64,000 nucleotides of DNA, taken from a virus. Shown here piece by piece: positions 18,213-29,401 of the stretch. The DNA lies in IMG/VR virus record IMGVR_UViG_3300002144_000620, positions 64,001-128,000 of that record; one strand, given 5' to 3'. Position 1 is the first letter of the stretch, and each line of letters starts with the position of its first letter. The position numbers and the translations under genes were made by a program. The notes below the pieces were generated by a model. It was given only the letters and a program-made list of their open reading frames with translations, was not told where the DNA came from and searched no databases.

Positions 18213-21033
18213 TTACGATGAAAGAATCTTATCAGTATTTGGTAAAAGAAGTGAAAAATCAGTTGACCCGAACATAGGGGACAAATTGACAAATGGTTTA
18301 TTTGTTGTCGATCCAAATAAAGTTGTAACTGAAGACGACACTATTAAACCAAGGTATATTAAGCAGGAAGATCTGGTTATGTACGCTAACATTACAGCTA
18401 GATTAAACCCAGATAGTGGTATAATAAACAATGGTTCTGATAGTACCGTAATTACAATTGGTCAAGTGGGTGTTAATTTTCTAAACCCATTAAAAACTGG
18501 TACTGTAAATCCAGAAACTGGGAATGTTGATTTTAATGGGCATACAGATAAGTTTACAACTGGTTGGTCTGATTACTTTACCTCAGATAATGAAGAGGGT
18601 AATTTTTATGACCCCGAAACTTTCGGTATATCAAATATAGATATAACCCACAATGCTAGTCTAACACCAATTATTAAAATTGATTTTATTGACGTACAAG
18701 GTAGAACACTATTAGAAAGAGGTGATGAAGAGACTAACCCATACAACATATTCTATAGATTCCCTTACCCACTATTCACTTTAACTATTAAAGGTTATTT
18801 TGGTAAAGCTATAGAGTATCCTTTGTCGATGACAAAGACCTCAACAACCTTTGATTCAACCAGTGGTAACTACATAATTAGAGCCGAATTTTTATCCAGA
18901 ACATTTTCAGTATACAATAATTTCTTAATGAGTTACGCAGCTGTAGCTCCATATATGTACCCAATAACTGGTACGGATAATGATTATTTAGGTAAAAGAA
19001 TACTAAAAGGCTTATACCAAAAACAGAATGAACATTTTAAAAAAATTTACGGTGCAGAAAGTAATGAATACAAAAAACATGAGTTCACTAAGTACCCAAC
19101 AATACAAGACTTAAGTAGAGGTAGTAAGACTTTAAATTACGGTAATTTATCTATAATAGATGACCAAAAAGAGATTAATAAAAAAAAGGAAACCGCTAAC
19201 TATCATCGCACTTCAATTGAGATAGCGTATACCGAAGCATTGGCTAGTTTAAAAGAACTTGATTCTTTTGTTAATGAAAGAAAGGATAATTACTACTTAA
19301 CAGAATCGGTTATTAATGACATAATTAATGATACTTATAAAAACATATCCGAAGTACCATTTATAGAATATGTAATTGGTAATTATAAATCCACTTTAAA
19401 GCTTTTACAAGAAGAATCTGAATTATCTGATTTAAGGGATGAAATATACAGCTCGGTAATCAACTCAAACCAATTTACTAGTGGGTATATTAACAAAATT
19501 ATTAAAACAGATTTTAGTTCAGAGCTTTTAAACGATGAACTATTCATAGTAAATAACACATCATCTAAGGATAAGAATGAGTTAAATAAAGTTTACTACA
19601 CATTTAAGTACTTCAAAAGTTTACATAAAATAATCACCAAAGTATTAGGTGAATTTTATCAAAAAGAGGAAAATACGGTAATTGATAATTTTACTTTCAA
19701 GATAAAAGATAATATTGGTTACGTACCTAATATGGCAAATGTTGTGCGTATCTTAATGAATAACATGCAGGTATTTATATCTATGTTAAATTTAGTTGGT
19801 TTAAACGCAGCTAATCAATTAACGAATAATGTTGATAGACAGAAAAATCAAAAAAGATTTGGTGAGGTTATAAACGATAAATGGTACCCATTTCCAAATT
19901 ACTATAGACAGAGGTATGATGAAATTATAGACGATTCCGTTTTAGAAAAACAATATCCTGGTAGTTATGAAACATCTGGGTGGTTTGAAGTACAATTTGT
20001 GGAAGAAATATTTAGAGGGTTAACTAGATTAGGTGAAATAGGTGACAATAATTTAGATAGTGAAAGTGAGACAACTTACGAATACAAAGACCTAAATAAA
20101 CAATCAAACAACCTCAACCTCAATCTAATCTCAGATAAAAAATTTGGTCTACTATCAACGTTATTAGTTGAAAATAATTTAGATTATTACAATATACAGC
20201 AAACTGCTACTGAAACATTCGAAGAATTTATAACCAAAATTTTAATGTTCGGCACTTTAGGTTTCATAAACGCATCTGGCACATTAAATAATATTACTGG
20301 GTTAGCTGAAATAATGACCGAACATGAATACGATTTAATAACTAGACGAATAGCTAATGTTGAAAAAATACCTAAACATACTTATCTAACCGAATTATAT
20401 AATACCTATCAGGGTGGACAAGATGAAAATAATTATGCTGGTTATTGTTCTGTACGTGTAACCGCAAATTTTATAAACGGTAATTATGAAGCTGTTATAA
20501 ACAACTTAGTTAACCCAATAAACGAATTACGGGACCTAATTGAAACAAATTACACTGATACACAATTTAAGTCCGCTTACAGTAAAATAGACGGTGTTAT
20601 TGGCGAAGCTGTTGATATTAATGATTTTAAAAGATTATACAACTATAAACCACTAGAATATAAAAACAAAAAGAATACAAATGGTTTAATTGGAATAAAG
20701 TCTTTATTTTTTAAAGGATTAGACTATCATGATGAGTACGAAGGATATTCACCATCATTGGGTAAATTTAACGAAAAATTTTTAATTTATCAGGAAGAAT
20801 TTACACCTAGCTATACGTCTGGTTATTATAATACACCTGATGTGTATCAGAACTATAAGCTATATCCTCGTTGGTATGATACTTATTTTAAATACGATAT
20901 AAACAATAAAGTCTCAGCGAATACACAAAACTCAAACGCTTTAGCTTTATCAATAAAAGATACTGGTTTAGCCGCTTTAAATCCTGATAAAAAAAATAAA
21001 AACAATACTAGATATAGTAAAATAAATCTATAA
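18202..21033 (+). CDS. Baseplate hub-like protein, N-terminal part
   Basis: FGISNIDIT...IKIDFIDVQGRTL...FYRFPYPLFTLTIKGYFG resembles the N-terminal barrel of hub (gp27/gpD/VgrG-like) proteins; follows the LysM gene. Confidence 0.5.
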   Translation: MAINYDERILSVFGKRSEKSVDPNIGDKLTNGLFVVDPNKVVTEDDTIKPRYIKQEDLVMYANITARLNPDSGIINNGSDSTVITIGQVGVNFLNPLKTGTVNPETGNVDFNGHTDKFTTGWSDYFTSDNEEGNFYDPETFGISNIDITHNASLTPIIKIDFIDVQGRTLLERGDEETNPYNIFYRFPYPLFTLTIKGYFGKAIEYPLSMTKTSTTFDSTSGNYIIRAEFLSRTFSVYNNFLMSYAAVAPYMYPITGTDNDYLGKRILKGLYQKQNEHFKKIYGAESNEYKKHEFTKYPTIQDLSRGSKTLNYGNLSIIDDQKEINKKKETANYHRTSIEIAYTEALASLKELDSFVNERKDNYYLTESVINDIINDTYKNISEVPFIEYVIGNYKSTLKLLQEESELSDLRDEIYSSVINSNQFTSGYINKIIKTDFSSELLNDELFIVNNTSSKDKNELNKVYYTFKYFKSLHKIITKVLGEFYQKEENTVIDNFTFKIKDNIGYVPNMANVVRILMNNMQVFISMLNLVGLNAANQLTNNVDRQKNQKRFGEVINDKWYPFPNYYRQRYDEIIDDSVLEKQYPGSYETSGWFEVQFVEEIFRGLTRLGEIGDNNLDSESETTYEYKDLNKQSNNLNLNLISDKKFGLLSTLLVENNLDYYNIQQTATETFEEFITKILMFGTLGFINASGTLNNITGLAEIMTEHEYDLITRRIANVEKIPKHTYLTELYNTYQGGQDENNYAGYCSVRVTANFINGNYEAVINNLVNPINELRDLIETNYTDTQFKSAYSKIDGVIGEAVDINDFKRLYNYKPLEYKNKKNTNGLIGIKSLFFKGLDYHDEYEGYSPSLGKFNEKFLIYQEEFTPSYTSGYYNTPDVYQNYKLYPRWYDTYFKYDINNKVSANTQNSNALALSIKDTGLAALNPDKKNKNNTRYSKINL

Positions 21034-24000
21034 TGAGTACAAATTTACAAGCGTATTTAACACAAAGGTATTTAAATTTAAGTCACAACAATATTGGTGA
21101 CTTGATGGAGACTAGTTACACCGAAAACGAATCTGGTATATTACAAAATACGTTTAATGACAACAGAGATGGTTTTAATAGTGAATCACTAACAAAAGAA
21201 ATACACGGGGTTGATTTTTGGGATGCAGTGAATGGAGATGTTGGAACACCAATTAACCACGCAATATTTGCACAAAATATTATAGATGAAGTTAGTTCAG
21301 GAAATTTCGATAAAAGTGCTAATTTATTAATATCTAGTATAAGATCGGAATCTAACAGTAACTATATATTTTACGAAGAATTATTATCATTATTTAGAAA
21401 AACCCAGGGGTTAGTTGAAGTACCTATAAGTTTAGTATTACAGATAGGTGCTAAGTATGACGCTTATTATTACGGTTCAAAAGATGAATCAATAAACTTT
21501 AGCAAAATTAATGGGTTATTTGGTGTTAATAACCTAGATATATTTGACAATGATGATGTATCATTTAGACATTACGGGTCATACGGGTATAACCAAAAAA
21601 ACTTATCTGTAGCTACAATACCTTTCTTAAGACCGATTACCCCTAAATCTATTGAAGATAAAATGGTTTTTGGTTTTGAAAACTACACAACAACAAATAC
21701 TGTTAAAAATTACCGTGAATCTTTTTATAATTTTGAAACCAAAAGAAATGAGAGTATAAGTAATAATATATCATCACACATACCAGTATCTGGTTACGGT
21801 GTTTTAAATAATTATCTTAACGCAATGTCAAAATTATATTTTGGTATTGGTTTAGATGGTGGTGATGTTAACGAAACAGCTAACGACAATAGTGTTCCTT
21901 ACCATATAATTGGGAATTATAACGGTAGGTTAAAAACTATAAAAACATATAATGACCAGAATATTAATTTCATGGCATCATACAATAGTTACAACCCAAA
22001 TATAAAACACGATTTAAGTAACATAGTTGATGATTTTAACACGTTATCATCATCAATTACATTTGACGATGATTTCATATTCACGAATAAATATAGTGTT
22101 AAGAAAATAGAGTTTTTCCTAATTCTATCAAAAATAAAAGTAAACTTCTTAGGTGGTCACATTACATCATCAGGTGTATATAATAGTATAATAAATTTAT
22201 GTGGTGTTAATAATTTAGGTGCTAAAGAGTTAGATAGTTTTGATTTACCTGACTTTGTAGCATTATTACTATATTCAATGTACCCACCAGACGGTGCCGA
22301 ACCAGACGAAGGGTTAAACAGATTAAATAAAAATACAAAGGTATTGTCAAAATACTATGTTGACCCTAACTCATTTATAGGTATATCAACAGAAACCCCT
22401 AGTATAAATAACGATGGATTTTCATTACAAAAAGAAATTATAAGATTAAACGGTGAATATACTAACCTACCTAATATTGTTAGTGAGTTATTAATCGATA
22501 TATGGTCTAAAGAATTTAAAACTGATTCAAGTCAAAAACTAAGTAAACTTGATAAAAAAGGTACTTTTATGTTATACCCTAGCTCTGGTGGTGGAATTGA
22601 GATTAATAATCTACTAACAAATAGTAATAAGGTAACTGATGATAGAAGCTTATACCAGAATAGCCCTCAAATTAATTATAAATACAGTAAAACTAACATA
22701 GTTAGTACCGAAATAACACCTAACGACTTATCTACATCAACCTACTTAAACTCTTTAAAATACGATGATAACAATTTCACCAACTATAGTAGGGTTGTAT
22801 TAAACGATATTTTATTAAATAAAGATATTTCTGATTTCTATAGTAAATATGAAAACGCCTATAATTTAATAACAACACTAACCACTGTAGATAAAACAAT
22901 TGATAAATTTTCTGGTACGAAAACTATACCAGTAAATATTACAGAAAACGATACTGCGTTATTATATAAATTTAACCCAGTTTATTTCAAACCTCAATCG
23001 TACCTAACCGATACGAAATCAATAAATTATTTCGATAGATATGATGATGTACATATTATCGCAAACACAACAAACCCAGATGGTGTACATAAACTAAAGT
23101 TCGATAACAGAACATTAATATTAAATACTAGTAGATTATTCTGGTTCGACACACCAAAAGAAGATATAATAACAGTACCAGAGTATATCACATACAATAC
23201 CAAAAAGAGTAATGGTGGGTATCAATATAATTTAAATGTTGATGTTTTTGAATTTACACACTATATCTATGATGTAAATATTTACCCAAACGTATTTAAA
23301 GATGATATTAAAAAAGGTTTCATCAATCATCACGGCCGTGAGTTAATATACAACGAATTTACACCTGGGAAAAGTTTATACGTTGAAAATGGGCTTGAAG
23401 ATCCTAAGGAAGATTATACCGATTATGTACAACGATATGATAATACCGTAAAACCACTGATAGATATATTTGATGTAGATAAATTAGAAGACTTTAGGTC
23501 TTTATATAAACAGTTTAGTGGTGCCAGTACAGGTAGTTATTTTTCTGATACGTTTAATACCTTTAATTTTAAAAATTTAATCAAACATTTAAATATCGTT
23601 GGCTATAAAGACTTACCTAACAACTTATCTATTGACGGTAGAAACTTTAGTAAGGATGAGATTGCAACTTTACTAAACGGTTACACTGGTCATTTCATAG
23701 AATTTGCTTCCATAACGGGTTTAAATAGACTTATTAATACAGCACTAACAATTGGTCAACAAAACAAAGCTACTTTAGTTATTGATGAATTTTTAAACGA
23801 TAAAATAACTGTAAATAATTATTCAATAGCTGGACCTCTAGATGTACAAAACACTAGAAATAACCCAACAGGTATTAAAATAAATACATTTCCGTTCAAC
23901 CCTATAATAGCTTACGCTTCTCAAAATAAGTCATACGAAGATATTGTTGGTCCAGTTGGTGACATATTACTATTTAGAACTATACTATTTGGTGACCAAA

Positions 24001-25877
24001 TGATTAAACCATACAACCCAATAATAACAGATCCGTTAGGTATTGATGGTTTAATTAATAAGTATGTGTATTCAAAAGATTTAGAGGGTTACGTTAACAA
24101 CCCTTTAATCAGTACTAAAGAAATAGTCACCGAATTAACTAGGTACTTTTTTAGTAGATTAAATATAGAATTAAATTTAGGTAATTTGAAATTATTAGTA
24201 TCATATCTTAGGAGTTATTTAATGAAAACACTGGTTGATAATGGTATGATTACAGAAGATACACCTAATTACGGTTTTCATAGAAATAGGAATCTCGCTA
24301 GCGATAGAGGTTACGAGGGTGATAGGGATACTATTTTAGACGGTAAATCAGGAATATATGGTACTACATCTATAATAGCTGAAATAGTAAATGGTGTATA
24401 CACACCAACAGGTTATGAACCTACATACACCATAAATAAATTTGAGGATTTAAATATGGGTGATAATTTCGATACCTGGATAAAAGGTTTCAATAAAGAT
24501 ACTGTAGATAAAACCCTAAAATTAATTGACTCTTCGATAGAGCATTTCGATAAATTAAATTTAGACGCTGTTAATGAGATAACTGGTTCAAATACACCAA
24601 CAACAAATAACAATAATGATTCATTTGAGCCAGGTGACGTAGACCAAAAAGGTGGTACATATTATAGGATTAAGTCGTTATATGATAAAAACGTATCTTT
24701 TAAAAATATTGATCTAACAAAAACACACTTATTAAAAGGGTCTAGTGAAGAGTTAGGTAGTGTTGATGTTAATGAGATATTAAACACACCTTTATTCTAC
24801 AACTTTAACGTACAAGAATCCGATTTCTGTGAAGATTCAGATACATTTACCGAAGACAAAGTTGATGGTAGGTTAAAAGATCTATATGATTACGCTAGTA
24901 TATTAGATAGAGGTAATAACGATTACGGTACTAAAGTAATTGTTGATATAGCTAGTTTAGGTCAAATGATTGGTGAAGATATCAATAAATTGGTAGATGT
25001 CGATAAGTATACGTCTAAATCTATGTGGACTGTATTATCTAAATTAGCCTCAGATCACGAATTCCTACTACATCCATTAACATCGTATATAAATCTAAAC
25101 GGTACCACTAAAAATGATCAATCACCATACGAACTAGCGCACGACATGTTTGGTGTATTTAAAGATTTAGTGATGTGGGACTCGAACCCAGCGTTTATAT
25201 TTCAACTAGGTTCCCTAACATCTGATATAGACAGAAAAGGCGCTAAAAAGAAAGGTTTTAACCAGTCTTTTGACCCTAGCAGTACATTCTGTTTAGATGT
25301 CGCTACTAATCAGTTAGGTATTGATGGTGAAGGTCGATTATTAGATGAAAACGTACCAGCTGATATTAAAAACTCAAAAGTAACATCTTTTGTTGTTGAC
25401 TTTGCTAACCCAAACCAAAATATGTTTCAAAACATACAGATATCAACAGATGAGTTTGTGAATACCGAAGAGAGTATTAAAACAGCCGTTAGTTTAACTG
25501 ATAGTAGTCAACGTGCGGTACTCTCTACAGGTAAATTATTTAGTGCTATGGAAAGTAGATCTTACTCATGTACCGTAACCAGTCTAGGCAACGCAACTAT
25601 ACAACCATTATCTTATTTTTATCTAAGAAACGTACCGTTATTTTATGGTACTTATTGGATTACAAATGTTAGTCATAAAATAACGGCAAACAATATGGTA
25701 ACCACATTTAAAGGTGTTAGACAACCTATTGCTAGAAAACCAACAGCTAACGGAACAGTTATAAAAAATTTAATACGAACTGCTCTAGCACAAGCGGCAG
25801 AAAGTGGTTTTCTTGATAGAGAAGATCTAACACCAGCTAGAACTCAGGGTGAAATATATTCAGATAGAGGAAATTAA
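21033..25877 (+). CDS. Large virion protein carrying the C-terminal part of a baseplate hub fold
   Basis: C-terminus SYSCTVTSLGNATIQPLSYFYLRNVPLFYGTYWITNVSHKITANNMVTTFKG matches the gpD/gp27 C-terminal GxYxIxxVxH pattern; TAATG overlap with the upstream gene. Confidence 0.6.
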   Translation: MSTNLQAYLTQRYLNLSHNNIGDLMETSYTENESGILQNTFNDNRDGFNSESLTKEIHGVDFWDAVNGDVGTPINHAIFAQNIIDEVSSGNFDKSANLLISSIRSESNSNYIFYEELLSLFRKTQGLVEVPISLVLQIGAKYDAYYYGSKDESINFSKINGLFGVNNLDIFDNDDVSFRHYGSYGYNQKNLSVATIPFLRPITPKSIEDKMVFGFENYTTTNTVKNYRESFYNFETKRNESISNNISSHIPVSGYGVLNNYLNAMSKLYFGIGLDGGDVNETANDNSVPYHIIGNYNGRLKTIKTYNDQNINFMASYNSYNPNIKHDLSNIVDDFNTLSSSITFDDDFIFTNKYSVKKIEFFLILSKIKVNFLGGHITSSGVYNSIINLCGVNNLGAKELDSFDLPDFVALLLYSMYPPDGAEPDEGLNRLNKNTKVLSKYYVDPNSFIGISTETPSINNDGFSLQKEIIRLNGEYTNLPNIVSELLIDIWSKEFKTDSSQKLSKLDKKGTFMLYPSSGGGIEINNLLTNSNKVTDDRSLYQNSPQINYKYSKTNIVSTEITPNDLSTSTYLNSLKYDDNNFTNYSRVVLNDILLNKDISDFYSKYENAYNLITTLTTVDKTIDKFSGTKTIPVNITENDTALLYKFNPVYFKPQSYLTDTKSINYFDRYDDVHIIANTTNPDGVHKLKFDNRTLILNTSRLFWFDTPKEDIITVPEYITYNTKKSNGGYQYNLNVDVFEFTHYIYDVNIYPNVFKDDIKKGFINHHGRELIYNEFTPGKSLYVENGLEDPKEDYTDYVQRYDNTVKPLIDIFDVDKLEDFRSLYKQFSGASTGSYFSDTFNTFNFKNLIKHLNIVGYKDLPNNLSIDGRNFSKDEIATLLNGYTGHFIEFASITGLNRLINTALTIGQQNKATLVIDEFLNDKITVNNYSIAGPLDVQNTRNNPTGIKINTFPFNPIIAYASQNKSYEDIVGPVGDILLFRTILFGDQMIKPYNPIITDPLGIDGLINKYVYSKDLEGYVNNPLISTKEIVTELTRYFFSRLNIELNLGNLKLLVSYLRSYLMKTLVDNGMITEDTPNYGFHRNRNLASDRGYEGDRDTILDGKSGIYGTTSIIAEIVNGVYTPTGYEPTYTINKFEDLNMGDNFDTWIKGFNKDTVDKTLKLIDSSIEHFDKLNLDAVNEITGSNTPTTNNNNDSFEPGDVDQKGGTYYRIKSLYDKNVSFKNIDLTKTHLLKGSSEELGSVDVNEILNTPLFYNFNVQESDFCEDSDTFTEDKVDGRLKDLYDYASILDRGNNDYGTKVIVDIASLGQMIGEDINKLVDVDKYTSKSMWTVLSKLASDHEFLLHPLTSYINLNGTTKNDQSPYELAHDMFGVFKDLVMWDSNPAFIFQLGSLTSDIDRKGAKKKGFNQSFDPSSTFCLDVATNQLGIDGEGRLLDENVPADIKNSKVTSFVVDFANPNQNMFQNIQISTDEFVNTEESIKTAVSLTDSSQRAVLSTGKLFSAMESRSYSCTVTSLGNATIQPLSYFYLRNVPLFYGTYWITNVSHKITANNMVTTFKGVRQPIARKPTANGTVIKNLIRTALAQAAESGFLDREDLTPARTQGEIYSDRGN

Positions 25878-25913
25878 TAAATTAATTAAAATAAGTAAAA
25901 TAAGTAAAACAAA

Positions 25914-28412
25914 ATGGCAAATAAAGACCCGTTAGGTACCATATACCAAGGTGTTGACATTAATCAACACCCAGAATCAGAGGGTAAATTCGTTTCATAT
26001 GGTGGTAGTTGGATAGCAGTATCATACATCAACATGATGATTGATAATGACGACACTGACACCATGAAAATTAAAACATTAATATCATACTTACATAATA
26101 ACGCATGTGAGTTAGGTCAAATTAGTGGTTGGAACCTAAAAGAATCTATGGTATATTTTATCGATGTGATAACAATGGATTTATATAAGAAATTGGGTTA
26201 CGACTCTTTAGAAACTTTATCATTAAGTGAAATAATAGATACCTATTATAGAGCTGGTTGTGTAGCTGAAACAATGTTACTTAAAGCAATAGATTTAGGT
26301 GACAACCCTAGTGAACTACTTACTTATTTGTCAATAACAGAAGAAGAATTTTATAAACCAAAAACAACTACGTTTACTGATGCGAGTGGTACTAAATTAC
26401 CTGGACAAGACTCAACAACACCTAAAATAACATTTACCGATGATATAAACGCTACTTTCGAGTTGTACAAAACAACATCAACTAAAACTAATATGTGGGT
26501 TAGTGACAAAACGCCTAATAACCAACTTTCTGGTCAAGGTGTAACAACATACGGTTTAACAAATTTATGGTTTAAACCTACTGTTGGCAACAGTAGGTTT
26601 ATTGATAACCCGAGTTTACTAAATAGTACTGGCGCAATAAATTGGGCTATAGAAGAAGATAAATACGAAGCAATAACTGAAAGTCAGTATAATACTGAAG
26701 AACTTAAACCACGTAAAAATAACGGAAGTATACTTAATGATAAAATCAACGAAGATTATACTACAATTAAATCTTTTATCACTAGTGATAGAAAGTTTAT
26801 ATACGTTCGATGGATAACTCTTTATAATAACACAACACTGACTCAAGCGAATGCGCCAAATATAAAAGTAGCACCAAATTGGTTTAAAATACCAACAGAA
26901 GAGGTTATTAAAACCCGCTATGCAGCTACTTATGTTGAGGGTGAGTATGATGACTATATAAACTATGGTATTGCTACACCAGGAACAACAATAGGTCACC
27001 CTAAAGGCGCACAATTTGATTGGAAAAAAGCTAACAGTACTATTAGGAAACCATACACGTACCCAGCCGAACCATCAGGTACAACTAAAGACGACCACTA
27101 CATAGTATCATATGGTGGTATTGGTAAAACTAAAAAACACGCATTTTATAAAATTATAAAAACTAGTGAAGCTACCCCTAGTGATGCTTTAAAAATTAAT
27201 AACCACAGTTTTATCAGTGGATACGGTTACGGTAAAGATACTGGTGATCCTGATAAGGATATACTTCACGATTTTACGGTTAGAAATTCAACAACTGGTC
27301 AAACTAGTGGTGTTGATATTTTACTACAATCTACATCAAACGCTGGGTCCGTTATAGATGGATGGGTCTCACCATTACCTGGCGTACCGACATCAGTAAG
27401 CAAATTTGGTTTAAGAAATGGTAAAGAGCATGAAGGTATAGACTTACGAGCCGTACAAGGCACCGAAGTATACAGCTCTTATGACGGTATTATTGTAGCC
27501 GCTGGACTATTAAATTCAAATGGTTACGGTAATGTGGTTGTAATACAACACCAGGATGTTAATTTAACAACAATATACGGACATTTAAGTGAATTTAATT
27601 TCACTGAAAGTGGTACACAAATAAGCAAACCTGTTAAAGCTGGTGAGCTAATAGGTAAAAGTGGTGGTACTAAGGGTACTCCTGGTGCTGGTAACAGTAA
27701 GGACCCCCATTTACATTATGAGATAAGAAAAGGTTTAGCCACCAATTACTCATCATCTTTTAGTTTAACGTCTACTGATCCAGAACCATATATTATAGGG
27801 GATAACACAACAACAAACAGTAATGTAGCAACACCTGGGTCAATCCAAACTGGTAATACCGCTGATTTTTGGTCGCTATTAGCTATATGCGCACTTGAAG
27901 ATGGTTATCCACAAGGCAGAGCTGATGTCGCACAATCAATATACAATAGAGTTGGTTCACCAATGTATCAACCCACAATTGCCGAAGTAATCAAATATAA
28001 AGCAGGTTACCAACCAGCATTCGCTAATGCAAAAGGTGATATTTCACAAAATTTTGCTAATATTAAAGATAAAACTACCGCTATAAAAGCGTTAGCTGAT
28101 AAACAATACAAAAAATCTTCAGACCCAACAGCTGCCGCAACTAAGGCACTTAAAGAAACATGGGAAGCGCTTAAAGACCCTAATAACCAAAATAACGCTA
28201 AACAATTAATTCAAGGTAGAACCGATTTCAAGGCAGAACGTGAAGGTAGTGTTACCTCTAGAAATGCTAATTTAAAATCAGATGGACGAGGTATCTTTGT
28301 TCAGAGAAAACAAAAGGACAACGTATATGGGTGGTCATATAATTATATAACAAATACAACTTATGGACCACCAGCACAAACATTTTGGGATTTAGGTAGT
28401 AATAGTTTTTAA
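25914..28412 (+). CDS. Virion-associated peptidoglycan hydrolase: M23 peptidase + SleB/Hydrolase_2-like domain
   Basis: M23 motifs HEGID, GYGNVVVIQH, YGHL and HLHYE. C-terminal LLAICALE...GRADVAQSIYNRV...TIAEVI....YQP is SleB-like with the catalytic Glu. Confidence 0.85.
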   Translation: MANKDPLGTIYQGVDINQHPESEGKFVSYGGSWIAVSYINMMIDNDDTDTMKIKTLISYLHNNACELGQISGWNLKESMVYFIDVITMDLYKKLGYDSLETLSLSEIIDTYYRAGCVAETMLLKAIDLGDNPSELLTYLSITEEEFYKPKTTTFTDASGTKLPGQDSTTPKITFTDDINATFELYKTTSTKTNMWVSDKTPNNQLSGQGVTTYGLTNLWFKPTVGNSRFIDNPSLLNSTGAINWAIEEDKYEAITESQYNTEELKPRKNNGSILNDKINEDYTTIKSFITSDRKFIYVRWITLYNNTTLTQANAPNIKVAPNWFKIPTEEVIKTRYAATYVEGEYDDYINYGIATPGTTIGHPKGAQFDWKKANSTIRKPYTYPAEPSGTTKDDHYIVSYGGIGKTKKHAFYKIIKTSEATPSDALKINNHSFISGYGYGKDTGDPDKDILHDFTVRNSTTGQTSGVDILLQSTSNAGSVIDGWVSPLPGVPTSVSKFGLRNGKEHEGIDLRAVQGTEVYSSYDGIIVAAGLLNSNGYGNVVVIQHQDVNLTTIYGHLSEFNFTESGTQISKPVKAGELIGKSGGTKGTPGAGNSKDPHLHYEIRKGLATNYSSSFSLTSTDPEPYIIGDNTTTNSNVATPGSIQTGNTADFWSLLAICALEDGYPQGRADVAQSIYNRVGSPMYQPTIAEVIKYKAGYQPAFANAKGDISQNFANIKDKTTAIKALADKQYKKSSDPTAAATKALKETWEALKDPNNQNNAKQLIQGRTDFKAEREGSVTSRNANLKSDGRGIFVQRKQKDNVYGWSYNYITNTTYGPPAQTFWDLGSNSF

Positions 28413-28450
28413 TATTAAGTTACTATACAACACTTTAATAAAATTCGTTA

Positions 28451-28458
28451 TATTTATA
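28451..28458 (+). promoter_or_regulatory. Putative late promoter TATTTATA
   Basis: Intergenic, 13 nt before ATG 28472. Confidence 0.55.
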
Positions 28459-28471
28459 AGAAATAACAATT

Positions 28472-28693
28472 ATGAATAATATTGGAAATAAATTAGATAA
28501 TTTTCTGGGTAATCAAAATAACCCACAGATAGGTGAAGAGGTTTGTGATTTAAATGGTGTTTGCTATATTAAAACTAAAGATGGTTTAATAGAAAAAACA
28601 TTAATTGAAAAAAAATTAGTACTAGAAGATGGTAGGGAATTACTAAGAGAAGAAAGACCAATAAGCAACTCAAGTAAAAGATTTTTAAGATGA
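28472..28693 (+). CDS. Small hypothetical protein
   Basis: 73-aa ORF with A-rich leader and ATGA overlap with the next gene. Confidence 0.6.
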   Translation: MNNIGNKLDNFLGNQNNPQIGEEVCDLNGVCYIKTKDGLIEKTLIEKKLVLEDGRELLREERPISNSSKRFLR

Positions 28694-29400
28694 ATAAAAA
28701 ATTAGACACTATATTATCTGAAGAGATATCGAGATTTAACGATATACTATCTTACACCTTAACCGAAGGTCATCACTATAAATTTTATGAAGCTGAAGAG
28801 GAAGTTGGTACTGAAGATGTTATTGATGAACCAGGTGAAATACCTGTTGATGATACTGAAGAGGTTATTGACGACACCGATTTAGAAACTGGTGATGAGG
28901 TTTCTGACGAAACTAGTATTGATACAACAGAAATGGAACCTGAAGTAGAACCTGAAGGTGATATAGAAGTTGATGTAACGGATTTAGTTAATTCAACAAA
29001 AGAAATGAACACTAAAGCTGACGATATTGTACAAAAGATTCTTGGAACAACAACAAAAATAGAGGATATGATTAATAAAGTTGATGGTGTTGAAAAAAGT
29101 TTACAAAAGATGGACTCTTTGGTACAACAAATGCAAAGCCTAACTAAACAAGTTGAGTTAATGAGACCACCAACTGAGGGGGAAAGAAGAAAAGCTTTGG
29201 CGAAAGATTCTTACCCATTCAACGTAACACAAGACGATTACGCTGAAGGTACTGGACCAAAAACACAAACTGACTTAGAAGGTAGACCAGATAAATTATC
29301 TATGATGGATAATTTAGTAAACGATTACAATGAGACTGATATTAAACACAGTTTTTATAATGTCGAAGATAAAGAAGAGAAAAAAATAAGTAACTACTAA
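28690..29400 (+). CDS. Acidic coiled-coil protein, possibly a head scaffold or internal protein
   Basis: N-terminal ILSEEISRF..IL.Y, then a very D/E-rich tract, then a heptad coiled coil. Confidence 0.55.
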   Translation: MNKKLDTILSEEISRFNDILSYTLTEGHHYKFYEAEEEVGTEDVIDEPGEIPVDDTEEVIDDTDLETGDEVSDETSIDTTEMEPEVEPEGDIEVDVTDLVNSTKEMNTKADDIVQKILGTTTKIEDMINKVDGVEKSLQKMDSLVQQMQSLTKQVELMRPPTEGERRKALAKDSYPFNVTQDDYAEGTGPKTQTDLEGRPDKLSMMDNLVNDYNETDIKHSFYNVEDKEEKKISNY

Positions 29401-29401
29401 T

